DNA of 64,000 nt from Laetmonice hystrix (taxonomy: Eukaryota). Location: positions 24,492,001 through 24,556,000 of the forward strand of contig OZ249436.1 of the NCBI GenBank assembly GCA_965235115.1, read 5' to 3'. The notes under the pieces were generated by a model, which was not told where the DNA came from, did not search any database, and saw only the letters and a list, made by a program, of their open reading frames with translations. Of the stretch, positions 52,701 through 64,000 are shown piece after piece; the stretch's first letter is position 1, and each line of letters opens with the position of its first letter. A program made the translations under genes and the position numbers.

Positions 52701-55700
52701 TTTATCTCCAATGTATCCCTGTGCACCTAGTAGCACCCAAGCGGGCCCAATTTTGACATTCCAACACAAATACCGCAAATACCCCCCTAATGGCACAAAA
52801 AACTTTCTACCCCGTTGCAAGTCACATTAGCTTGCTGCTTGTCGTAAAAAATGGTGCAGACCATTTCTAAAGTCACAGTACCCCACTCCCGGCCTAATAT
52901 TACGTTTCAGTATCCATATACGCTGCAAGCGGCAAGAACTCGAATACAGGCCTAAAAGTAACCCCAGTCTAGCAATATCATACTCTCATGCCATATACGA
53001 GCTTGTAATTATCTTTAATTAATGGGCTCCGCAGCACCAACCCACTGCATTAACATTTGTTTAACAGCTTGACGCACCTTGTAAAAAATTTTCAAGTGCG
53101 TAAAAATGCGTGTCCACCTCCACATACTTTAAAAATCACTATACCCACCCAGCGACATTCACTCTAATACACGCCTAAGAGGAACTTCACTGTCCCATTT
53201 GATTCTCCAGCACGTATAGGATGTTTCAAGTAACATTCATCCACGGTCTGGCCCAATAACGTGCAACAAGGCATAGTAAGTCAATGCGAGCTCGCATGTC
53301 AAACCTAACCCGCCCCCAAGCACATGAGCTGAAAATATTCAAATAGCTTGAAAACTAGAATATAGCTTTGCTTAATACCATTATACCATCAACTCGCATT
53401 ACAGGCCTAATGCGAAGCTCCCAGCCTAAAACGAGTTTCCAATTAATTTAAAGTTAACAAGATGCACTAATAATCGATTCCAAGCCTAATTAGGCCATTG
53501 CTAGTTGGATAACCAAATCTCATACAAAATACACCCTCCCGGCAGATGACCTGAGAATATTCAACTCTTATGTCCGATATATCCCTGTCCGCTTAGTAGC
53601 ACCCAGCCGGGCCCCCATTTTGACATTGCAACACCAATACAGCAAGTGCCCAGCTAACAGCACAAATAACAGGATTCAGGGCTTCCTACCACGTTACAAG
53701 TCACAATAGATTGCTGCCTGTCGTAAAAATATACCAGACCATTTTAAAAAGTCACAGAACCCCAATCCGGCCCTAATATGTCACTCCCAGTACCAATAGA
53801 CGCTGGAAGCACCATCAACTGAAATTCAGGCCTAGAACCCACCTCTCTCTACCAATATCATGCACCTAGTCCGTATACGAGGTTGTAATTTCCTTTAATC
53901 AACGGGCTGCGCCGCAGCAACCCACTCTGGTCTTTGCAATCTTTTTCAATATGCGTTAACATTTGTGACCAGCTCAACGCGCCTTGTAAAATTTTTCAAA
54001 GTGCGTAAAAGTGTGTGTCCACCCCGACACGCTTTCCAAACCACTATACCCACCGAGCGACATCCACTCAAATACAGGCTTCGACCGATCCTCACTGTGC
54101 CAATAATCCGCCACAAGGCAAATTCAGTCAATGCAAGCTGGAAAATCGAATGTCAAACCTAATGCTCCCCCCCAGCACGTTAACTGAAAAAAATCAACTA
54201 GCTTGAAAACTAGAATATAGCTTTGTTTAGCTAACAATCTACTCTCCCAGCGCCATCAACTCGCATACAGGCGTAAAAGCAAACGCACTGCCCCATATAA
54301 TGCTCCCAGCATAAAACGATGTTGCAATTAATTTAAAATTAACAAGATGCACTAGTAATCCGATCCAAGCTTAATTACGTCATTGCTAGTTTCATAACCA
54401 AATCTCACAGAAAATACCCCACCCGGGCACATAACCTGAAAATATTCAACTTTTATCTCCAATGTATCCCTGTGCACCTAGTAGCACCCAAGCGGGCCCA
54501 ATTTTGACATTCCAACACAAATACCGCAAATACCCGCCTAATGGCACAAAAAACTTTCTACCCCGTTGCAAGTCACATTAGCTTGCTGCTTGTCGTAAAA
54601 AATGGTGCAGACCATTTCTAAAGTTACAGTACCCCACTCCCGGCCTAATATTACGTTTCAGTATCCATATACGCTGCAAGCGGCAGGAACTCGAATACAG
54701 GCCTAAAAGTAACCTCAGTCTAGCAATATCATACTCCCATGCCATATACGAGCTTGTAATTATCTTTAATTAATGGGCTCCGCAGCACCAACCCACTGCA
54801 TTAACATTTGTTTAACAGCTTAACACACCTTGTAAAATTTTTTCAAGTGCGTAAAAATGCGTGTCCACCTCCACATACTTTAAAAATCACTATACCCACC
54901 CAGCGACATCCACTCTAATACACGCCTAAAAGGAACTTCACTGTCCCATTTGATTCTCCAGCACGTATAGGATGTTTCAAGTAACATTCATCCACGGTCT
55001 GGCCCAATAACGTGCAACAAGGCATAGTAAGTCAATGCGAGCTCGCATGTCAAACCTAACCCGCCCCCAAGCACATGAGCTGAAAATATTCAAATAGCTT
55101 GAAAACTAGAATATAGCTTTGCTTAATACCATTATACCATCAACTCGCATTACAGGCCTAATGCGAAGCTCCCAGCCTAAAACGAGTTTCCAATTAATTT
55201 AAAGTTAACAAGATGCACTAATAATCGATTCCAAGCCTAATTAGGCCATTGCTAGTTGGATAACCAAATCTCATACAAAATACACCCTCCCGGCAGATGA
55301 CCTGAGAATATTCAACTCTTATGTCCGATATATCCCTGTCCGCTTAGTAGCACCCAGCCGGGCCCCCATTTTGACATTGCAACACCAATACAGCAAGTGC
55401 CCAGCTAACAGCACAAATAACAGGATTCAGGGCTTCCTACCACGTTACAAGTCACAATAGATTGCTGCCTGTCGTAAAAATATACCAGACCATTTTAAAA
55501 AGTCACAGAACCCCAATCCGGCCCTAATATGTCACTCCCAGTACCAATAGACGCTGGAAGCACCATCAACTGAAATTCAGGCCTAGAACCCACCTCTCTC
55601 TACCAATATCATGCACCTAGTCCGTATACGAGGTTGTAATTTCCTTTAATCAACGGGCTGCGCCGCAGCAACCCACTCTGGTCTTTGCAATCTTTTTCAA

Positions 55701-58700
55701 TATGCGTTAACATTTGTGACCAGCTCAACGCGCCTTGTAAAATTTTTCAAAGTGCGTAAAAGTGTGTGTCCACCCCGACACGCTTTCCAAACCACTATAC
55801 CCACCGAGCGACATCCACTCAAATACAGGCTTCGACCGATCCTCACTGTGCCAATAATCCGCCACAAGGCAAATTCAGTCAATGCAAGCTGGAAAATCGA
55901 ATGTCAAACCTAATGCTCCCCCCCCCAGCACGTTAACTGAAAAAAATCAACTAGCTTGAAAACTAGAATATAGCTTTGTTTAGCTAACAATCTACTCTCC
56001 CAGCGCCATCAACTCGCATACAGGCGTAAAAGCAAACGCACTGCCCCATATAATGCTCCCAGCATAAAACGATGTTGCAATTAATTTAAAATTAACAAGA
56101 TGCACTAGTAATCCGATCCAAGCTTAATTACGTCATTGCTAGTTTCATAACCAAATCTCACAGAAAATACCCCACCCGGGCACATAACCTGAAAATATTC
56201 AACTTTTATCTCCAATGTATCCCTGTGCACCTAGTAGCACCCAAGCGGGCCCAATTTTGACATTCCAACACAAATACCGCAAATACCCGCCTAATGGCAC
56301 AAAAAACTTTCTACCCCGTTGCAAGTCACATTAGCTTGCTGCTTGTCGTAAAAAATGGTGCAGACCATTTCTAAAGTCACAGTACCCCACTCCCGGCCTA
56401 ATATTACGTTTCAGTATCCATATACGCTGCAAGCGGCAGGAACTCGAATACAGGCCTAAAAGTAACCCCAGTCTAGCAATATCATACTCTCATGCCATAT
56501 ACGAGCTTGTAATTATCTTTAATTAATGGGCTCCGCAGCACCAACCCACTGCATTAACATTTGTTTAACAGCTTAACGCACCTTGTAAAAAAATTTTCAA
56601 GTGCGTAAAAATGCGTGTCCACCTCCACATACTTTAAAAATCACTATACCCACCCAGCGACATTCACTCTAATACACGCCTAAGAGGAACTTCACTGTCC
56701 CATTTGATTCTCCAGCACGTATAGGATGTTTCAAGTAACATTTATCCACGGTCTGGCCCAATAACGTGCAACAAGGCATAGTAAGTCAATGCGAGCTCGC
56801 ATGTCAAACCTAACCCGCCCCCCAGCACATGAGCTGAAAATATTCAAATAGCTTGAAAACTAGAATATAGCTTTGCTTAATACCATTATACCATCAACTC
56901 GCATTACAGGCCTAATGCGAAGCTCCCAGCCTAAAACGAGTTTCCAATTAATTTAAAGTTAACAAGATGCACTAATAATCGATTCCAAGCCTAATTAGGC
57001 CATTGCTAGTTGGATAACCAAATCTCATACAAAATACACCCTCCCGGCAGATGACCTGAGAATATTCAACTCTTATGTCCGATATATCCCTGTCCGCTTA
57101 GTAGCACCCAGCCGGGCCCCCATTTTGACATTGCAACACCAATACAGCAAGTGCCCAGCTAACAGCACAAATAACAGGATTCAGGGCTTCCTACCACGTT
57201 ACAAGTCACAATAGATTGCTGCCTGTCGTAAAAATATACCAGACCATTTTAAAAAGTCACAGAACCCCAATCCGGCCCTAATATGTCACTCCCAGTACCA
57301 ATACACGCTGGAAGCACCATCAACTGAAATTCAGGCCTAGAACCCACCTCTCTCTACCAATATCATGCACCTAGTCCGTATACGAGGTTGTAATTTACTT
57401 TAATCAACGGGCTGCGCCGCAGCAACCCACTCTGGTCTTTGCAATCTTTTTCAATATGCGTTAACATTTGTAACCAGCTCAACGCGCCTTGTAAAATTTT
57501 TCAAAGTGCGTAAAAGTGTGTGTCCACCCCGACACGCTTTCCAAACCACTATACCCACCGAGCGACATCCACTCAAATACAGGCTTCGACCGATCCTCAC
57601 TGTGCCAATAATCCGCCACAAGGCAAATTCAGTCAATGCAAGCTGGAAAATCGAATGTCAAACCTAATGCTCCCCCCCCCCCAGCACGTTAACTGAAAAT
57701 AATCAACTAGCTTGAAAACTAGAATATAGCTTTGTTAAGCTAACAATCTACTCTCCCAGCGCCATCAACTCGCATACAGGCGTAAAAGCAAACGCACTGC
57801 CCCATATAATGCTTCCAGCCTAAAACGATGTTGCAATTAATTTAAAATTAACAAGATGCACTAGTAATCCGATCCAAGCCTAATTACGTCATTGCTAGTT
57901 TCATAACCAAATCTCACAGAAAATACCCCACCCGCGCACATAACCTGAAAATATTCAACTTTTATCTCCAATGTATCCCTGTGCACCTAGTAGCACCCAA
58001 GCGGGCCCAATTTTGACATTCCAACACAAATACCGCAAATACCCGCCTAATGGCACAAAAAACTTTCTACCCCGTTGCAAGTCACATTAGCTTGCTGCTT
58101 GTCGTAAAAAATGGTGCAGACCATTTCTAAAGTCACAGTACCCCACTCCCGGCCTAATATTACGTTTCAGTATCCATATACGCTGCAAGCGGCAGGAACT
58201 CGAATACAGGCCTAAAAGTAACCCCAGTCTAGCAATATCATACTCTCATGCCATATACGAGCTTGTAATTATCTTTAATTAATGGGCTCCGCAGCACCAA
58301 CCCACTGCATTAACATTTGTTTAACAGCTTAACGCACCTTGTAAAAAATTTTCAAGTGCGTAAAAATGCGTGTCCACCTCCACATACTTTAAAAATCACT
58401 ATACCCACCCAGCGACATTCACTCTAATACACGCCTAAGAGGAACTTCACTGTCCCATTTGATTCTCCAGCACGTATAGGATGTTTCAAGTAACATTTAT
58501 CCACGGTCTGGCCCAATAACGTGCAACAAGGCATAGTAAGTCAATGCGACCTCGCATGTCAAACCTAACCCGCCCCCCAGCACATGAGCTGGAGATATTC
58601 AAATAGCTTGAAAACTAGAATATAGCTTTGCTTAATACCATTATACCATCAACTCGCATTACAGGCCTAATGCGAAGCTCCCAGCCTAAAACGAGTTTCC

Positions 58701-61700
58701 AATTAATTTAAAGTTAACAAGATGCACTAATAATCGATTCCAAGCCTAATTAGGCCATTGCTAGTTGGATAACCAAATCTCATACAAAATACACCCTCCC
58801 GGCAGATGACCTGAGAATATTCAACTCTTATGTCCGATATATCCCTGTCCGCTTAGTAGCACCCAGCCGGGCCCCCATTTTGACATTGCAACACCAATAC
58901 AGCAAGTGCCCAGCTAACAGCACAAATAACAGGATTCAGGGCTTCCTACCACGTTACAAGTCACAATAGATTGCTGCCTGTCGTAAAAATATACCAGACC
59001 ATTTTAAAAAGTCACAGAACCCCAATCCGGCCCTAATATGTCACTCCCAGTACCAATAGACGCTGGAAGCACCATCAACTGAAATTCAGGCCTAGAACCC
59101 ACCTCTCTCTACCAATATCATGCACCTAGTCCGTATACGAGGTTGTAATTTACTTTAATCAACGGGCTGCGCCGCAGCAACCCACTCTGGTCTTTGCAAT
59201 CTTTTTCAATATGCGTTAACATTTGTGACCAGCTCAACGCGCCTTGTAAAATTTTTCAAAGTGCGTAAAAGTGTGTGTCCACCCCGACACGCTTTCCAAA
59301 CCACTATACCCACCGAGCGACATCCACTCAAATACAGGCTTCGACCGATCCTCACTGTGCCAATAATCCGCCACAAGGCAAATTCAGTCAATGCAAGCTG
59401 GAAAATCGAATGTCAAACCTAATGCTCCCCCCCCCCAGCACGTTAACTGAAAATAATCAACTAGCTTGAAAACTAGAATATAGCTTTGTTAAGCTAACAA
59501 TCTACTCTCCCAGCGCCATCAACTCGCATACAGGCGTAAAAGCAAACGCACTGCCCCATATAATGCTCCCAGCCTAAAACGATGTTGCAATTAATTTAAA
59601 ATTAACAAGATGCACTAGTAATCCGATCCAAGCCTAATTACGTCATTGCTAGTTTCATAACCAAATCTCACAGAAAATACCCCACCCGCGCACATAACCT
59701 GAAAATATTCAACTTTTATCTCCAATGTATCCCTGTGCACCTAGTAGCACCCAAGCGGGCCCAATTTTGACATTCCAACACAAATACCGCAAATACCCGC
59801 CTAATGGCACAAAAAACTTTCTACCCCGTTGCAAGTCACATTAGCTTGCTGCTTGTCGTAAAAAATGGTGCAGACCATTTCTAAAGTCACAGTACCCCAT
59901 TCCCGGCCTAATATTACGTTTCAGTATCCATATACGCTGCAAGCGGCAGGAACTCGAATACAGGCCTAAAAGTAACCCCAGTCTAGCAATATCATACTCT
60001 CATGCCATATACGAGCTTGTAATTATCTTTAATTAATGGGCTCCGCAGCACCAACCCACTGCATTAACATTTGTTTAACAGCTTAACGCACCTTGTAAAA
60101 AATTTTCAAGTGCGTAAAAATGCGTGTCCACCTCCACATACTTTAAACATCACTATACCCACCCAGCGACATTCACTCTAATACACGCCTAAGAGGAACT
60201 TCACTGTCCCATTTGATTCTCCAGCACGTATAGGATGTTTCAAGTAACATTTATCCACGGTCTGGCCCAATAACGTGCAACAAGGCATAGTAAGTCAATG
60301 CGACCTCGCATGTCAAACCTAACCCGCCCCCCAGCACATGAGCTGGAGATATTCAAATAGCTTGAAAACTAGAATATAGCTTTGCTTAATACCATTATAC
60401 CATCAACTCGCATTACAGGCCTAATGCGAAGCTCCCAGCCTAAAACGAGTTTCCAATTAATTTAAAGTTAACAAGATGCACTAATAATCGATTCCAAGCC
60501 TAATTAGGCCATTGCTAGTTGGATAACCAAATCTCATACAAAATACACCCTCCCGGCAGATGACCTGAGAATATTCAACTCTTATGTCCGATATATCCCT
60601 GTCCGCTTAGTAGCACCCAGCCGGGCCCCCATTTTGACATTGCAACACCAATACAGCAAGTGCCCAGCTAACAGCACAAATAACAGGATTCAGGGCTTCC
60701 TACCACGTTACAAGTCACAATAGATTGCTGCCTGTCGTAAAAATATACCAGACCATTTTAAAAAGTCACAGAACCCCAATCCGGCCCTAATATGTCACTC
60801 CCAGTACCAATACACGCTGGAAGCACCATCAACTGAAATTTAGGCCTAGAACCCACCTCTCTCTACCAATATCATGCACCTAGTCCGTATACGAGGTTGT
60901 AATTTACTTTAATCAACGGGCTGCGCCGCAGCAACCCACTCTGGTCTTTGCAATCTTTTTCAATATGCGTTAACATTTGTAACCAGCTCAACGCGCCTTG
61001 TAAAATTTTTCAAAGTGCGTAAAAGTGTGTGTCCACCCCGACACGCTTTCCAAACCACTATACCCACCGAGCGACATCCACTCAAATACAGGCTTCGACC
61101 GATCCTCACTGTGCCAATAATCCGCCACAAGGCAAATTCAGTCAATGCAAGCTGGAAAATCGAATGTCAAACCTAATGCTCCCCCCCCCCCAGCACGTTA
61201 ACTGAAAATAATCAACTAGCTTGAAAACTAGAATATAGCTTTGTTAAGCTAACAATCTACTCTCCCAGCGCCATCAACTCGCATACAGGCGTAAAAGCAA
61301 ACGCACTGCCCCATATAATGCTTCCAGCCTAAAACGATGTTGCAATTAATTTAAAATTAACAAGATGCACTAGTAATCCGATCCAAGCCTAATTACGTCA
61401 TTGCTAGTTTCATAACCAAATCTCACAGAAAATACCCCACCCGCGCACATAACCTGAAAATATTCAACTTTTATCTCCAATGTATCCCTGTGCACCTAGT
61501 AGCACCCAAGCGGGCCCAATTTTGACATTCCAACACAAATACCGCAAATACCCGCCTAATGGCACAAAAAACTTTCTACCCCGTTGCAAGTCACATTAGC
61601 TTGCTGCTTGTCGTAAAAAATGGTGCAGACCATTTCTAAAGTCACAGTACCCCACTCCCGGCCTAATATTACGTTTCAGTATCCATATACGCTGCAAGCG

Positions 61701-64000
61701 GCAGGAACTCGAATACAGGCCTAAAAGTAACCCCAGTCTAGCAATATCATACTCTCATGCCATATACGAGCTTGTAATTATCTTTAATTAATGGGCTCCG
61801 CAGCACCAACCCACTGCATTAACATTTGTTTAACAGCTTAACGCACCTTGTAAAAAATTTTCAAGTGCGTAAAAATGCGTGTCCACCTCCACATACTTTA
61901 AAAATCACTATACCCACCCAGCGACATTCACTCTAATACACGCCTAAGAGGAACTTCACTGTCCCATTTGATTCTCCAGCACGTATAGGATGTTTCAAGT
62001 AACATTTATCCACGGTCTGGCCCAATAACGTGCAACAAGGCATAGTAAGTCAATGCGACCTCGCATGTCAAACCTAACCCGCCCCCCAGCACATGAGCTG
62101 GAGATATTCAAATAGCTTGAAAACTAGAATATAGCTTTGCTTAATACCATTATACCATCAACTCGCATTACAGGCCTAATGCGAAGCTCCCAGCCTAAAA
62201 CGAGTTTCCAATTAATTTAAAGTTAACAAGATGCACTAATAATCGATTCCAAGCCTAATTAGGCCATTGCTAGTTGGATAACCAAATCTCATACAAAATA
62301 CACCCTCCCGGCAGATGACCTGAGAATATTCAACTCTTATGTCCGATATATCCCTGTCCGCTTAGTAGCACCCAGCCGGGCCCCCATTTTGACATTGCAA
62401 CACCAATACAGCAAGTGCCCAGCTAACAGCACAAATAACAGGATTCAGGGCTTCCTACCACGTTACAAGTCACAATAGATTGCTGCCTGTCGTAAAAATA
62501 TACCAGACCATTTTAAAAAGTCACAGAACCCCAATCCGGCCCTAATATGTCACTCCCAGTACCAATAGACGCTGGAAGCACCATCAACTGAAATTCAGGC
62601 CTAGAACCCACCTCTCTCTACCAATATCATGCACCTAGTCCGTATACGAGGTTGTAATTTACTTTAATCAACGGGCTGCGCCGCAGCAACCCACTCTGGT
62701 CTTTGCAATCTTTTTCAATATGCGTTAACATTTGTGACCAGCTCAACGCGCCTTGTAAAATTTTTCAAAGTGCGTAAAAGTGTGTGTCCACCCCGACACG
62801 CTTTCCAAACCACTATACCCACCGAGCGACATCCACTCAAATACAGGCTTCGACCGATCCTCACTGTGCCAATAATCCGCCACAAGGCAAATTCAGTCAA
62901 TGCAAGCTGGAAAATCGAATGTCAAACCTAATGCTCCCCCCCCCCAGCACGTTAACTGAAAATAATCAACTAGCTTGAAAACTAGAATATAGCTTTGTTA
63001 AGCTAACAATCTACTCTCCCAGCGCCATCAACTCGCATACAGGCGTAAAAGCAAACGCACTGCCCCATATAATGCTCCCAGCCTAAAACGATGTTGCAAT
63101 TAATTTAAAATTAACAAGATGCACTAGTAATCCGATCCAAGCCTAATTACGTCATTGCTAGTTTCATAACCAAATCTCACAGAAAATACCCCACCCGCGC
63201 ACATAACCTGAAAATATTCAACTTTTATCTCCAATGTATCCCTGTGCACCTAGTAGCACCCAAGCGGGCCCAATTTTGACATTCCAACACAAATACCGCA
63301 AATACCCGCCTAATGGCACAAAAAACTTTCTACCCCGTTGCAAGTCACATTAGCTTGCTGCTTGTCGTAAAAAATGGTGCAGACCATTTCTAAAGTCACA
63401 GTACCCCATTCCCGGCCTAATATTACGTTTCAGTATCCATATACGCTGCAAGCGGCAGGAACTCGAATACAGGCCTAAAAGTAACCCCAGTCTAGCAATA
63501 TCATACTCTCATGCCATATACGAGCTTGTAATTATCTTTAATTAATGGGCTCCGCAGCACCAACCCACTGCATTAACATTTGTTTAACAGCTTAACGCAC
63601 CTTGTAAAAAATTTTCAAGTGCGTAAAAATGCGTGTCCACCTCCACATACTTTAAACATCACTATACCCACCCAGCGACATTCACTCTAATACACGCCTA
63701 AGAGGAACTTCACTGTCCCATTTGATTCTCCAGCACGTATAGGATGTTTCAAGTAACATTTATCCACGGTCTGGCCCAATAACGTGCAACAAGGCATAGT
63801 AAGTCAATGCGACCTCGCATGTCAAACCTAACCCGCCCCCCAGCACATGAGCTGGAGATATTCAAATAGCTTGAAAACTAGAATATAGCTTTGCTTAATA
63901 CCATTATACCATCAACTCGCATTACAGGCCTAATGCGAAGCTCCCAGCCTAAAACGAGTTTCCAATTAATTTAAAGTTAACAAGATGCACTAATAATCGA

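Larger units (their letters stand above)
1..64000. repeat. Tandem satellite/macrosatellite array, ~1,754-bp unit, 36 full copies plus 1 partial, all in the same orientation and running off both window ends
   Basis: The anchor CATATAATGCT recurs at 1, 1758, 3512, 5265, 7017, 8771, 10523, 12280, 14034, 15787, 17500, 19256, 21009, 22723, 24479, 26234, 27989, 29741, 31498, 33252, 35004, 36756, 38511, 40263, 42019, 43773, 45526, 47279, 49036, 50789, 52543, 54294, 56047, 57803, 59557, 61312 and 63066. The same short ORF recurs at 1751-1756-bp spacing, or 1713/1714 bp for two units. No unique sequence was seen between units. Confidence 0.99.

Noticed and set aside
1..64000. Pure artefact, such as a rolling-circle concatemer of a small plasmid or virus, or an assembly loop
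   Set aside because: The units carry ordered haplotypes, shared deletions and chimeras rather than identical copies with random errors, and no Rep-like ORF is present. Individual local duplications still need read validation.

Overview
The whole 64-kb window is one uninterrupted head-to-tail tandem array, most likely eukaryotic satellite or macrosatellite DNA; the organism cannot be identified from the sequence. It holds 36 complete ~1.75-kb units and one partial unit, and the copies differ at only a few dozen sites. I found no credible protein-coding gene, RNA gene, CRISPR array or mobile element; the ORF track is the same few short chance ORFs repeated once per unit. The interest is a nested architecture: traces of a degenerate ~220-bp sub-repeat, a ~870-890-bp half-unit, a diverged A+B dimer of ~1,754 bp, and a 6-unit higher-order repeat (HOR) with a 10,522-bp period defined by diagnostic SNPs. 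Units typed by eye: a b c d e f | a b c c(del) d/c d/c c(del) d/c d e f | a b c d e f | a b c/e f/e f/e/c d e/d e/f a/f | a b c/a b c(partial). The HOR is disrupted by in-register 1-, 2- and 3-unit duplications and deletions that create chimeric units, and by a shared 44-bp deletion. I see no evidence of a new gene-encoded system. All alignments and counts were done by eye.
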